Of a DNA stretch of 64,000 nucleotides, positions 1 through 13,467 are shown in pieces. Origin of the DNA: Azolla caroliniana (taxonomy: Eukaryota; Plantae; Polypodiophyta). The first letter of the stretch is position 1. The number at the start of each line of letters is the position of its first letter. The stretch covers positions 16,740,001 through 16,804,000 of the forward strand of contig JBHGNT010000015.1 of NCBI GenBank assembly GCA_043228905.1, given 5' to 3'. Under the pieces are notes generated by a model. The model was not told the DNA's origin. It was given only the letters and a program-made list of their open reading frames with translations, and did not search any database. A program made the translations under genes and the position numbers.

Positions 1-1580
1 ACCTGCATTTCCTTACAATTTCAACCCTCTTTTATATTGCAATGCAGGGTCATTTGTGTGTCCATATCCAAAAACATACCTTAATTGGGATGGTTTTCAC
101 TTTACTCATGCATTCAATTTACAAGTCTTTCATTTAACTATTATTAAAGGGTTGTACCTCAACCCCTCCAATGCATTTGAATTCTGCTACAATCCTTAAC
201 TGCTTGTTAATTTCCACAATCTTTTGGTCCTAATTTGAAGGATAGTTCCACTATTGTATACATATATGTTTAGAATAAATGAAAATAACTTCTCAAATAT
301 GAAATCATTCTTTCAATTAAGCACTACAATATTTGATCTCCTTAGAATAAGTTTTTCTTGGATGCAACATATTCTGTAAAGGGTGTTTCTATGTTTTCCC
401 TTGAATGGAGCTACCTAATACCATCAATAGTATTGGGAGAATCGAGATCAATATCTTTGCTAGAAATCTAAGATGTCTTGTACGGGTTTTAGAGGCAATA
501 TACTAAATGCATACAAATCTCCAATAGCCAATAAAGCAAATAGCATATTCATTTGGGAAACAAAATTAGACTCAAAGTGGGCATTTAAGACATGCCATGT
601 TATTGATTTATGTAAGTGCTACGAGTTGCAACAAGTTTAAGTACATGTTAATGAAAGCCTACACTACCATTTAGTCACTAAAGTCAATGTTGTGGTGACA
701 AATATAATGGTTTCTCTTAAACATGTCTTCACGAGTTGACCAATAGAACCCTCTTGTAAGAAAGTTCGTAAACAATGTACATTCTAAGAAATGTCATGTC
801 ATCGATATACTTCTACATTGGGGTTGCTAAAAGTTTTGGTAGATGTTAGCAAAACATTATCATTAGAATGATCTCAATGTCATGAATACCAAAGTATTTT
901 CCCAATGATAGCCTCCTTATTAATTAGGAGATAATCATTCGAAATATTCAAAATGCTTAAAAGGCCCAAATTTATGTCATGATTGGCTTAGTTAGAGAGA
1001 AACATTTGAGAATGTAATGGGAATATTTACGAATGAAATGTTTGGTTCCAAAATTTCTTTCAGTGATGTGAACTATGAACCATGGAGTGTTATAAAACAC
1101 ATGGGAATGAATACACTTAAACTTGAAAGTTAAAAACAAATCCAGTAAATGCACCTATCAACATAGTAAGGCCCTTGTGTGTGAACACTAAATTTGGTGA
1201 TTCTAAATCATTTGTCGAGATTTCAATTTTCCCCTCCTAATGACCTACATCATCTTGCATACAATTTCTAGGCAAAGTGACCATTTTTTAATGCATTGGT
1301 TGAGGACAATATTGTGGAGTCATTATTTGTTCTTAATTGTCCCGAAGTTAGGGGGGATGCGAGAATCACAAAGGGGTCGATTAAGCCGAAGTGAAACTCT
1401 CACAACCACGATAGTTTCAAATACCGTGTTTGAGGTAGATGGCTAAAGTTGCATTAAACCACCATGGATGGCGAAGGGAATATGTATAGAATAGAAATCG
1501 TTCGGATTGGAGACGAGGGTTGGAGGTGAACGAGTGAAAGGCAATGTCCGGGGTGAAATGTCCACATAAAAAAACCAGAA

Positions 1581-1583
<3 letters not shown>

Positions 1584-1623
<40 letters not shown>

Positions 1624-2024
1624 GATAGGCATGCCATGAGATAGATGAAGGGCAGAAGCTCATATATGCATGCACGCATCCATATAAGGCTTGTGATGAG
1701 ATAGATGAACGACATATGCTCATGTATGCATGTATGTATGTAATGCTTGTGATAAGATAGATAAAAGGCAGACGCTCATGTATGTACGTACATACGTATG
1801 TATGAATGTATGTATGTAGACAGGCTTGTGATGACTCATGCAATAGATGCAAGGCAAAAACTCATGTATGTATGTATCTAGATGGGCTTATGATGGGATA
1901 GATGTAGGGCTGAAGGTCATGTATACATATGTAGATAGATAGGCTTGTGATGAGATAGATGAAGGGCACAAGCTCATGTATGTATGTATGTATGTATGCA
2001 TGTGATGAGATAGATGTAGGACAA
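1584..2024. repeat. (CT)n microsatellite followed by a minisatellite of GCTTGTGATGAGATAGATG...CTCATGTATG units with (TATG)n
   Basis: Repeated units are visible directly. The same unit type resumes at 36526-36736 and 52287-52380. Confidence 0.85.
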
Positions 2025-2739
2025 GCTCGTGTCTATCTACTACCAAATCATAAAGAGGGTTGGACAAGGAATCACATCCACAAATGGTGCAAGGCGCTTA
2101 GTTGAGGGTGCGTGCGACCTGCACCATCTGCTCTTTATAATAAAAAAGTGCACCAATAAAAAAGCACCCTACTCTATTTTAGCAACATTTCATAAGTTTG
2201 CTCTATCATTGGCAATGTCAAAAACTTCAAAACCTATCACTAGGAATACAAAGTCATTTCAATTAAAAAAAATTTGGAAAACCTTTTTTCTTTTCTTAAC
2301 AAATGCTCAAATAAGCATACTATCCATTTCAAGAAAGAAATATCCTTGTTGAATGTGAATGTGTGTTTCAAAGTTTTGCTACCGGTGTTCTACTTTCTAA
2401 TATAGCATGACATTTCTCCCTAATGAATGCACCCTTTTTTCTTTGTTGTGTCTTGGGAAAGTGTTATAAGTTGAATGATGCTCAATCATTTCCATGGATT
2501 TTTGAAGGAACAAAGTTCCATTGCCTTCAAGCTCTAATCTACGCATTTCGCACCATTTTTCATACCTCTAGATTGTTTGATGTTGTTTTTGTAAATTCAC
2601 CCATCTCATTGACAAATGTCATCTTTCACCTGTATTGTACCTTAAGTTAATATGTTATTGCATGTTAGGTCGATTAATCTCCTTTGTAATATACATCTTC
2701 TTGAGTATTCTATTGTTGTTCAAATCTATCTATCTTGTG

Positions 2740-2790
<51 letters not shown>

Positions 2791-3018
2791 CACACACTCA
2801 CTCACTCACAACACATATCTCTAGTCTATTCCGCTACACAAGAATCACCATCGATTCTTTACATGGTATCAGAGCGGTTTGGTAGCTTCATCTCGCTCAT
2901 CCGCGTGTGTCGAGCTCTACGCCGACGTTCAAGAAGAACCGGCTCATCGCTATTGTAGTGTGACTACATAGTTCGTATGAAAGAGAGAAGAAGAAGGAAT
3001 AAATCTACATCAAACACC

Positions 3019-4987
3019 ATGAATACTCAAATGGGGAGCGCTCTCCCTAGCGAGAAGTTGGACTGAAACAACTTCGCATCTTGGGAGTACAAGATGCATC
3101 AATACCTTGTCGGTCAAGGCTATTGGAGCTACATCAAAGGAGCACAAGAAAACCGGCCCGACCCGGAAGACGCCGACTATGCAACATGGGAGCAAGCGGC
3201 GAGTCGAGTAATGTATTGTTTGGCGACATGTGTTCACGACCACATGCTCGATTACATTCGAGAAGCCGAGACGCCGAAGGAAGCGTGGGAAAATCTACGA
3301 AAGATTTTCGCCGCCAACACGACCACGAGGAAGCTTCAACTCCGCCAAGAGTTGAACAACATCCAATAAAGGGATATGTCTATCACAAGCTACACCTTGA
3401 AGATCAAGGAGCTTTGCGATGCACTCGGCTCAATAAGCGTCAATGTGGAGGATGACGAAATGCTGCAAATATGCCTCGACGGCCTTGTACCACGATTCGG
3501 CGTGATGCAGACCGTCATACTAGCACGGGAGAATCCACCCTCCTTCTTCAATCTATGTTATTGGTCGAAGAGAATCATGTTCGAACAAGGAGCAATGCCT
3601 CGGAAGGCCACATGCTCTACACACATTCGAATGGAGGAAGAGGACGCGACCGAGCAAGAGGCCGATTCAGCCAAGGACGAGGCGGCGGACGAGGTCCGAC
3701 TTACGACAACAACTCCCAATTTCGACAATAAGACGGAAGCCATCGAGGAACCTTCGGAAGAAGGGGGAGCTTCCATTCCAGTTTGAGTTGACAAAACTCG
3801 ATCGAATGCGATTATTGTGGAAAAATCGGCCACCATGAAGAAGAGTGTCGAAAGAAGAAGTGTGAGTCAGCTTCCACAAGCCGACAACTCACCAATTACG
3901 CCACCAACTCCGACTATGAAGATCATGGCGGAATGTTTGTAATGAGACATAGAGCAAATTCTATGTCAGCCTCTACTTCAACTAATGCCTCCAATCTGGA
4001 AGATGTATGGTTTGTCGACTCCGGTGCTTCGAACCATATGACATCCCATCAAGAATGGTTCAAAGACCTTCGAGAGCCGGATCGACCCGGTTATGTCGAG
4101 ATTGGAGATGACACCACTCATCCTATTCGACATATTGGCAATGTCCCATTCGGGGGAAGACGACGAACAAACTTGCATAAAAAATTTATTACATGTACCC
4201 ACCATAACGAAGAATTTGGTCTCGGTTGGCCAAATAGTGGAGCAAGGGATGTAAGTTCGATTCAACCAAGGTGGTTGCTTCATCGAGAAGGAAGGCCAAC
4301 TCATCGCTCGGGGTCAAGGGAAGGTAGAATGTTTATCCTTGAGTCAAATGAGGTGAAATCGTCCATTTACGCAAAGGGCCTCAAATCTGACACCAACATA
4401 GAGCTATGGCATAACTCAAGGCGATGCAATCAAAAGGAGTCGTCATCGGGCTCCCGACCTTCAAAGAGAAAGAGATTGAAGGAGTATGTGAAGCATGCCA
4501 ATTCGGCAAGCAACATCGGCACCCGTTCCCGAAGGAGAGGAACATGAGCAAAGGCCTATTGGACGTAGTCCACTCGGATGTGTGGGGACCGGCACAGACA
4601 ACTACGTTCGGAGGATGTCGGTACTATGTTACTTTCATCGATGACTTCTCTAGATACACACGGATCTTTTCCATGAGGATGAAGAGCAAAGTGTTTACAC
4701 ACTTCCAAAAATTCAAAAGTGAAGTCGAAAAGACAACTGGGCGTCATGTACGATGTCTTCGGTCAGACGGAGGAAAGGAATACGTCTCTGATGCGTTCAC
4801 GGCATACCTTCGACAAGAAGGAATTCGGCGAGATTTCACTTGCCGACACACACCGCAACAGAACGGTGTAGCCGAATGCAAGAATCGGCACATCCTCGAA
4901 GTAGAAAGGGCCATGCTAAATGAGAAGCATATGCCCAAGTCATATTGGGCAGGAGCTATAAATACCGCTAGCTACCTCATGAACCGG
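3019..4987 (+). pseudogene. copia C1 gag-protease-integrase (stops and frameshifts)
   Basis: UBN2-type gag; protease WFVDSGASNHMT; integrase CEACQFGKQ, VHSDVWGP, FIDDFSR, LRSDGGKEY, PQQNGVAE. Broken at MNR|C by an LTR insertion. Confidence 0.92.
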
Positions 4988-5575
4988 TGTCGTGAAGATT
5001 TCTGGCTTTGGTATGAAACCGGGATGGAATGGGCAAGTCGGCAAGGTGCAACATGTGCACATGTATAGTAGGAAAATAGTGTATAGAATAAGGGGGAGAA
5101 TTTATCCCACATTGTAACGTCTCTCCCTCCTTGGGCTATAAAAGGAAGGAAGGGGTCTCTTGTGAGGGGGTTGCCTATTTGGAGGGGGAGAGGCAGACCA
5201 CTTGGGTGGAGGGTTCCCTATTGGGTTTTAGGGTTTGGATGGAGGGTTTCTTCTTGGGTTTCCTTTAGGGTTTTACTATACTTCTTTACTTGTTAATCCG
5301 GTGAGGGTTTTCTTGTAGCTGTTTTTTGTGTGGCCTATGCGCCCTTGGTTGTAATCTTTTGTGAACTCTTAATATAGCATGTTGATTTTCTTGTCTTGTG
5401 GGTGTATCTTGCCTCCATCTATTCTATTATATGTTTATGTGCTATTCTTCCTCTTCTCCTCTTGAGCTAAGCTTCCATTTTGTGTCTTATTCCTTCTCCT
5501 CTACTCCCTAGTCCAACACCCCCATGGTCCTGCCTCGGATCCTACACGTATTCGCGGAATATCGCAACATTAATT

Positions 5576-5593
5576 TGGTGAACCCGACGTGAA
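5576..5593 (+). promoter_or_regulatory. Primer binding site complementary to the 3' end of tRNA-Trp(CCA)
   Basis: TGGTGAACCCGACGTGAA is the reverse complement of the plant cytosolic tRNA-Trp 3' end (…TTCACGTCGGGTTCACCA, from memory). A variant is at 37473-37490. Confidence 0.85.
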
Positions 5594-6087
5594 GAGGCGG
5601 CAAGGGAGGACGGAGATGGAAGAAGACTTCAACTTCGCGGAGATAATGGCAAAGATCATGATGGATGCCGAACAGAAGAAGGCGAAGCGAGATGCGGCTC
5701 AACAAGCCGTCGAAAGGGTGGTCGGTCTAGTCGGCCGGTTCAATGGGGATGATGCCCCAAAAATTTTGGGAGCTTAAAAAGCCGAAATGACGGAGAGGGG
5801 CGTGGACGAAACGATGCGGCTAGATTTTTTTTGTCGAGTGGCAGCCGTATCGATGCACAAAGAGGTCAAGGAGCTTCGAGAAGCTCACGAGTCATGGGAG
5901 TCCTTCGAGGGAGCTCTATTGGAGCCGTACGGGTACAAGAAACCGGAGGGGCGAAGTCGGCAAGAGTTCGATTGGTGGGCAGCGTCGACGAAGCCCATCG
6001 GAGCGCGATGGAGGCATTCCGAGAGTTCGAGCGTCGTTTCTCTCAACTCTCAGAGCGGGATCGGAGATCGGTGGGGGTGGACAAAGT

Positions 6088-7053
6088 TGGCGAGGCAGCG
6101 ACAATCGGCGACCGAACGGAACCGGTGACCGGACGAGGTTGGACGCATATCGAACGGATAAAAGGATCATGTGGCTAATTAAAGTAAAGTGAAGAAAACT
6201 AAAGTAAAGGCCATGTGGACTCAAGCAACTAAAGTTGGAGTACATGCATAAAGTAAAGGTGATGTGGAAGGTAGCAACAAAAAGTGGACATGCATATGAT
6301 CAACGGGGAACTCCATATATATTCCATCTTTTTTCTACACTCACTCTCTCTCCATTAATTTTCTTTTCCTTCTCAGCTCCCTTATCTTAGGGAAGCCATA
6401 ACTCTCATAAACCCTAAATTCCCTACGCAAGCCATAACACTCAAAAAAACCCTAATCTTCCCTATGGAAGCCATAACACTCAAAAACCCTAATTTCCTTA
6501 CGGAAGCCATAAACCCTAAAATTTCCCTAGGGAAACCATATCTCTCAAAATCCAAAATTCCTTATCAAAGCCATATCACTCAAGAATCATAATCTCTTAT
6601 TTCCTCTAATCTATTATTCTAGTAATCTCCTTAAGATAAAACTTTTGTAATCCCAATCTTGGGATTGATTGCAATCTTTCTTTCTACTTGTTAATAAAAT
6701 TTGTCAATATTTCTCATTTTCCATTAATTGTTTAATATAAACATACGAAATTGATATCTTCCGGTCGGAGGCCCTGGGGTCTTGCCTCAACGTTCATCCT
6801 AATTTTCCCTACGGAAGACATATCTCTCAAAACCCCTAATTTTTCTTTTCTATTAATCTTAGTAAACCTAAAACTTCTAAATCCCAATCTTGGGACATAT
6901 TGTAATTTCTTTTTTCCTTTGTTAATGAAAATTATTAAATTTCTTCTTTCCTTTAATTGTTAAAAATATAAACGCACGAATGTGATTATCCTCTGGTCGG
7001 AGGCCCCGGGGTCCTGCCTCAAGTTCGCGTGTCCTTGTCGTATTTTCGCGACA
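6088..7053 (+). mobile_element. 5'-truncated LTR of family LTR-B (same clade as G1/G3)
   Basis: Homologous to the solo LTR at 50523-51677. Ends TTTCGCGACA, followed by TCTTTGG (PBS remnant). Has internal duplications. Confidence 0.75.
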
Positions 7054-7145
7054 TCTTTGGGCGGTTTCCAGTTTTGCTAACCGGCCGGTTTCCGGATTTG
7101 TTTACCAGCCGGTTTTCGGATTTGCTTACCGGCCGGTTTCCGGAT

Positions 7146-8756
7146 TCCGGAACTGATCGGCAAGCAAACCGAAAACCCGCTGGTAAGCAAAACCGGAATC
7201 TGGAAATCGGCCGATAAGCAAAACCGGAAACCGGCCGGTAAGCAAACCCGGAACTGGCAAGCAAACCGGAACCGGTCGGCAATCAAACCGAAACCGGCCG
7301 GCAAGCAAAATCGGAACCGGAACTGCAAGCAAAGCGGAACCGGCCGCCAAGCAAAATGGAACCGGCCGGTGAGGGATTCGGCGACTGGGCGGAACCGGCT
7401 ACCGGACGAGGTTGGACGCAGATGGACGGAAGATTGGATCATGCAAAAACTAAAGTAAAGTGAAGAGAACTAAAGTAAAGGCCATGTGGACGCAAGCAAC
7501 TAAAGTTGAACTGCATGCAAAAAGTAAAGGTCATGTGGACGATTGTTAGGAAACAGGTCCCTCCGGATGGGAAGTGAGAAGAACAATGTTGATGAGCAAC
7601 TCGGCTGAGGCCGAATCTAGATGACGAGTACCCGGCAACGGAAGACCCGGTGAGAACCGGATGTGGAGTACCCGCCAACGGAAGATCCGGTGAGAACCAG
7701 ATGTGGATTACCCGGCAACGGAAGACCCGGTGAGAACCGGATGTTGCAGGTCCGTTGAGAACCTCTCATCGGATGGAGGGGACATATATGTAAATATGTT
7801 CCAGAGATCCCACTGGGGCTATATTTGTAAATAGCCCGAAAGTCATATTAGTATAAATATGACCTAGGGCAAACTTAATAGGTATGATGTAGAGTTGGTT
7901 GTATTATTATCGTTGTGGCGATAATTCAGAGCGTAACTGTGTACAGAGAAGAGAGAGAGAGAGAGAGAGAGGAAGAGGTTGTTGCCTCTGTTGTAACCAC
8001 CTGGTGACGAAGCGAGGGAGCAAGAGGTCATTGCCTCTATGCCCCATTGTTGTAATCTTGATATAGTGATATTTTGCAGTCTGAGGGCTGCCGTGGTTTT
8101 CTCCCAGATTTGGGTTTTCCACGTTAACATCCAGTGCACTCTCTTCTTTACTTTTTCGTATGTAGATACATCTCACCACATCCCTGTTTTCTGTGCTTGA
8201 TCCGACATCTCGGTTGTGGCTGAGCATAGCTTAGGAAACTGTATTCCTTTCAACGGTCGCATGCAACTAAAAGAAAAAGCCACGCAACTAAAAGAAAATT
8301 CTAAGCAACTAAAAGTAGAGGCCATGCAACAAAAAGTGGACATGCAGATGATCAAGGGAGAACTCCATATAAAATTCCATTTTTTTTCCTACACTCATGC
8401 TCTCTCCATATTATCTTAATATTTTTTCTTTTCCTTCGGAGCTCTCTTATCTTATCGAAGCCAAGAACCCTAAATTTCCTTATGGAAGTCATAAACCCTA
8501 ATTTTCCCTATGGAAGCCATATAATTTTCCTATCGAATCCGTATCTTAGTTTCTTCTAATCTATTATTCTAGTAATCTCCATAAGCTAAAACTTTTGTAA
8601 TCCCAATCTTGGGATTGATTGTAATTTTTCTTTTCTATTTATTAATGAAAATTTGTCAATCTTTCTCATTTTCCATTAATTGTTTAAGTATCTTCCGATC
8701 AGAGGCCCCGGGGTCTTGCCTCAAAATTCACATATCCTCGTCGTATTTTCGCGACA
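7146..8756 (+). mobile_element. Second 5'-truncated LTR-B copy, interrupted by a solo LTR
   Basis: CCGGTAAGCAAAACCGGAA tandem repeats, then body homologous to 51100-51677; ends TTTCGCGACA at 8756. Confidence 0.75.
7544..8252 (+). mobile_element. Solo LTR (family LTR-C)
   Basis: TGTTAGG...TTTCA with 5-bp TSD ACGAT/ACGGT. The uninterrupted site is seen at ~51161. Homologous to 27657-28380 (-). Contains ~39-bp internal repeats. Confidence 0.85.
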
Positions 8757-9805
8757 ACGATGGCCCAAAACATCAAGCGGGGAGAAGACGAGTGGTGGTG
8801 CCAAGACCTTACCCACACCGGTTCTAGAGACACCGGCATACAGCTCGAGAGCCGGTGTGAGACCTAGAGTGATGGATGGTGGCGGCGGCAAGGTGGACAA
8901 CCGAAACGTCGAAGAGGAGGATGTGAGGCCCGGAAAAGGCATATACAAAGGGACCGAAGGAGAGGCCGGGAGCGACAACAAGGAGAGAGTCGGGAACTGA
9001 CCCGACCGGAAGGCGAACCGGGAGAAAAGTGAAGCGAGGGCCGGTCAACCGGGCCCGAACCGAAGAAGAGCCAGCAAGGCCAGAGTTGTTCAGCCGAACC
9101 CTTACCGGCTGGTTACGATTATAGAAGGACGTTGACCAAACCGGGCAAGGGCTATACCCGCATGATTGGAGGTCGAGGCATATGGGTTGTCTTGTGTATA
9201 CAAACCCAATAAGCCGAACCCATACCAACCGGTTACGATTATAGAAGGAAGCTGACCAAACCGGGCAAGGGCTATGCCTGCATGATTGGAGGTCGAGGCA
9301 TACGGGTTGTCATGTGTATATAAAACCCAATAAGCTTTATAGTGATTCGAACCCATGACCTCCTCAAAGAAGGCATACAACCCCATCCATTAAGATACAT
9401 CATATTGTATATAATAAATAATAAATTCTATTATATCAATAGGAAATACATATAATAATATTATTGAAATGTCGCCACCTTGCATGGGCTAACGCATGAT
9501 TGCCAAGGGGCATGCTTGCATGAATGCCAAGTGGCGATCATGTGTGCCTATGAGGTGGCGAGCATGCATGTATCCAAACCATGCTATATAAACATGTATT
9601 TGACTATTGATGAACCATTCTGGTTCAATGCCAGTCTTCAGCATATTCTTGTAAACATTGCTCTCGTTGTTAATACATTATCAAATTCTTCTTATCTCTC
9701 TCATATCTTTCGCTTCTCATTCTCTTCTTCATTTTTAAGCTCGTTCCTAACTTTGGCCCTAACAGTTTGAACCAGAATTTTCCTACCTTCTCTCTTTCTT
9801 CCTTG

Positions 9806-9836
<31 letters not shown>

Positions 9837-9912
9837 GCTCTTTTTGGGTCTCTTTCACTCTCTTCTCCTTCCTTCCTTCTCCTTGAAAATCTTGCCAAAC
9901 GTTATCCTCTCC

Positions 9913-12198
9913 ATGGAGTTAGTTAGCAAGCAAGAGTATGTTCGAGTAGTCTCTAAACTAGAGCATCTCGCAAATAAGTTTGTGGCGTTAGAACAAGAGA
10001 ATCAACAATTGCTTGGATATTTGCAACAAGTAAGCATAGAAAAGGCACAACAATATGATGAGTTATCGACACGTGTATTGCAACTCGAAACAACATTGCG
10101 GTCTCTTCATCAACAAGCTTCAATGGAACAAACCTCTCCCAAAGAACCGAATATTTGTTTGCCTGGGAAGTTCGATGGTAATCGATCACAGTTTTGAGGG
10201 TTTCTAAACCAAGTACGTCTAGTAATCCATATGCACCCTAATAGGTATCCGACTGATGCAACTCAAGTTGGACTAGTTGGGACCCTCTTAACAGGAACTG
10301 CATTAGCGTGGTTTGCACCACTGCTAGAAAAGAAATCTCCTCTTCTCCAAGACTTCGAAGGTTTTATTAGAGAATTTCAAGCAAACTTTGGAGACACTGA
10401 TAGTGTTAGAACAGCGATTAACAAGATTCAAAGACTTCGTCAAGGGAACCGTCCTGCCTCTGCCTATGCCACAGATTTCCGCCTCCTAGCTTGTGATATT
10501 CCGTGGGATGAAGAAGCCTTAATGGATCAATTTCTCTATGGACTAAGAAATGATGTAAAGGATTTGCTATTAACTTTTCATGAAGATCCAAGATCACTTA
10601 CAGAAGCGATAAGTCGTGCAGTGCGATGTGACAACCGCTTATTCAAGCGACGTTCAGAGCGTCAATTAATGTCACGACCAAGAACAGATCAAACATATGC
10701 TTCGGTAGTAGCCTCGACACCTACGACCACTACCCAAACTTCACACATGATTCCATCAGGTGGTCCAAGTCCAATGGAGATCGATGTAACACGTCGTCAA
10801 GGGCCTTTATCTGAAGCTGAGAAGCAAAGACGTCGAGCAAACCATCTATGTTTGTATTGTGGTGGTCCAGGACACATCGCGATCACATGCCCACATAGGC
10901 CAAAATGACAAGTAAATCAAGTAAGTATTAGTGAGAATCTTCATTCCAATTCTCCAGTTAGATCGTCTAGCCCTAGTAGTCCCACATGTCATGGTCAGTC
11001 CAATAGTTTTGAAGTCTTGAGTCAATTTGATGAAATATTAAACGATTAAGTCCAACCAAAATCGGAGCCATTTGGTTGGACAATCCTGAATACATAAAGT
11101 CAATCCCAAGTATTGGTTCCATTTTATCGAATCATGTTAGCAGAGTTTTTTCAGCACAAGTTGAGCTTAGCACTTCTAGGTGTCATCGAGTTCTTGCCTC
11201 TGCTCTCTTAGATTCAGGAGCCAACTCTTGTTTTATGGACAAAGAATTTGCTTTATCCGAGAAAATCCTATTGAAAAACCTCCCTTACCCTGCATTTGTT
11301 GTAGTCATTGATGGTCGCCCTATTTCATCCGGGAATATAGTTGAAGAATCTGAGCCAATTCGAGTAGTTATTGGTAGCTTTGTTTGTATGATTTCCTTCA
11401 ATATAATTAGTAGCCCTGAGCATCTGGTTATCCTTGGTTTGCCTTGGTTTGAACTCCACAATCTTGAAATTGACTAGAGAAAACGAACAATCAGTGATTT
11501 CCAACAGAAACTTAAATCCAGCTGCCTTGTTACTACCAACCAAGATTCAAAGCCTCACCAAATCTCACCCATCTCTCTACAAAAATTACGAGAAGACAGG
11601 CAAACAAATGAAATATTTGTCTTTGCAGTAATAGCAAACCCATCCTCTAGCTCACAAGGGGCAGGTACTCCCCTCCCTACCAAGTACTTGGATTTTGAAG
11701 ACATCTTCAACAAAGCTAAAGCTAATTCTCTCCCATACCATTGGCCTTATGATTGTCCTATCGATCTACAACCTGGGAAAGAGCCACCATGGGGCCCAAT
11801 ATATAATCTATCATCTTCCGAACTCAAGGCCCTTCAAGAGTATATAGACAAGCACTTAGCAAATGGATTCATTCGACATTCTAAAAGCCCTGCTAGTGCA
11901 CCCATCTTCTTTGTCAAGAAGAAAGATGGATCTCTACGACTGATCGTGGACTATCAAGGTCTAAACAAAATCACAGTTCGAAATAGATATGCTCTACCCT
12001 TGATTTCGAGTTTACTAGAGCGTCTTAGTGGAACGAAAGTTTTCACGAAGCTAGACCTTCGAGGTGCATATAACCTTGTTCGGATACGTCCAAGAGATGA
12101 ATGGAAGACAACATTTCGTACTCGATACAGACATTTTGAGTACACAGTTATGCCTTTTGGTCTCACGAATGCACCCGCGGTTTTTCAACACATGGCTA
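9913..12198 (+). pseudogene. T1 gag plus protease and RT N-terminus (truncated at VFQHMAN)
   Basis: Colinear with the intact T2 gag/pol. In-frame TGA stops at 10195 and 10906; frameshifts after the protease. Confidence 0.9.
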
Positions 12199-13400
12199 AC
12201 ACGGCAAGCCGGGATGACAAGCTGGTGGGGGTGAGGGGACGACGGCAAACGGAAGACTCAGGACCTGTTGCAGCAGCACCAAGACGGGAAGGGCCAAGCG
12301 GGCTACTACGGGGTGTTCCTCGGATGCAAAGGAGACCAGTATGCGGGGAGCGGCGATGCACAATCTGGCCGGAAAAGGGGCCAAACAAGGGCCAGCGGAA
12401 GTACGCGTACTACGGAGATCGCGGCAGAGGACCCATCTACGGGTTGAACGAGCCTACGGGGAGGTAAGCGCGAAGGAAGAATCGAAGCCGATGGACAAAC
12501 CGGGCAGTGAGCCGGGATGCGGATCACGGAAGACCGGTTTCTCACCGGCCGAAATCTCTCACCCTTCAACCGGACTTGGCACATACCGGTGGATGTGCGG
12601 TTAGGTGGGGGCGGATGTCGTGAAGAATTTCGGCCAGAGGCGGAAACCGGGAAACATTGGCTACATCGGCGGGGTGCAGCGTGTGTACGCACCCATGTAC
12701 ATTTAGTGTGAATAACGAGGGGCCTTTATGGCGCCGAAGAGTAGTCAAGTCGGGACCGACGATCCCATGTAAGTCGGGATTTATCCCACATTGTAACACA
12801 TCCCTCTCCTTGTTCTATAAAAGGAAGGGAGTGCCCTTTGTGAAGGGGTTGCCCATTTTGCATTAGAGGGTATACCGTTAGGTTTAGAGTTAGTTTCTTC
12901 CTCTTCTTCTTCTTCTCTCCCCTTCGTGTTCGCTTAGGGTTTGCTTCAGCTCATCTCCTGCGCAAGACCCCGCTCGGCGCGACGAGCCCGTGAGCTCCCC
13001 GACCGGCGGCTTGGCAGCTGACGACTACTGTAACCTACCTTGGTCCGGCTCGACGCCGGGAATGTATTCTTCTTTTATATATATATATATATACGTTTGC
13101 GTCTGTCTGTGTATATTCGCGCCTTCGTTGGTGTCGGGTGCTTCCCCTTTCCTGCATTTCCTATACTTAAGGGTGTGAGTCGGGTTGGCCTGTGTGTGTG
13201 TGTGTGCGTGAGTGTGTGTGCGTGAGTCGGTGTTAAGCGCTCTCTCTCTCTCTCTTCCTCTCTCTCTTCGGTTGCTTCCGGTGTGTTTCTAGGATGCCCC
13301 AGAGACGGTGAAGCACGACTAAGGGAGACGCTCCATCACTCCCTAGTCCAAGACCCCCGTGGTCCCGCCTTTCTCCATGCACGCGCGTAACAACGCGACA
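12199..13400 (+). mobile_element. 3' fragment plus 3' LTR (12616-13400) of Trp-clade Ty3 element G2
   Basis: Pre-LTR sequence nearly identical to that of G1/G3 (GGCACATACCGGTGGATGTGCGGTTAGGTGGGGGCGGA|TGTCGTGAAGA). The LTR ends CGCGACA. Confidence 0.8.
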
Positions 13401-13467
13401 CCGTTATACGTGGAAGGGGTCCATATGCTTGACGGTTTGGCCAATGAGGAGGTCGATGACTTCCTAG

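Noticed and set aside
1-1440. AT-rich region with partly open minus-strand frames (possible decayed TE gene)
   Set aside because: Manual translation gave many stops and no recognisable motif.
2380-2640. Possible remnant of the MULE-1 transposase N-terminus on the minus strand
   Set aside because: Only vague Cys/His spacing amid stops; insufficient to call.
1443-2958. ORFs with RERERE, LSLSLS or HTYI runs (also 36561-36890, 52707-53200)
   Set aside because: Translations of microsatellites and minisatellites.
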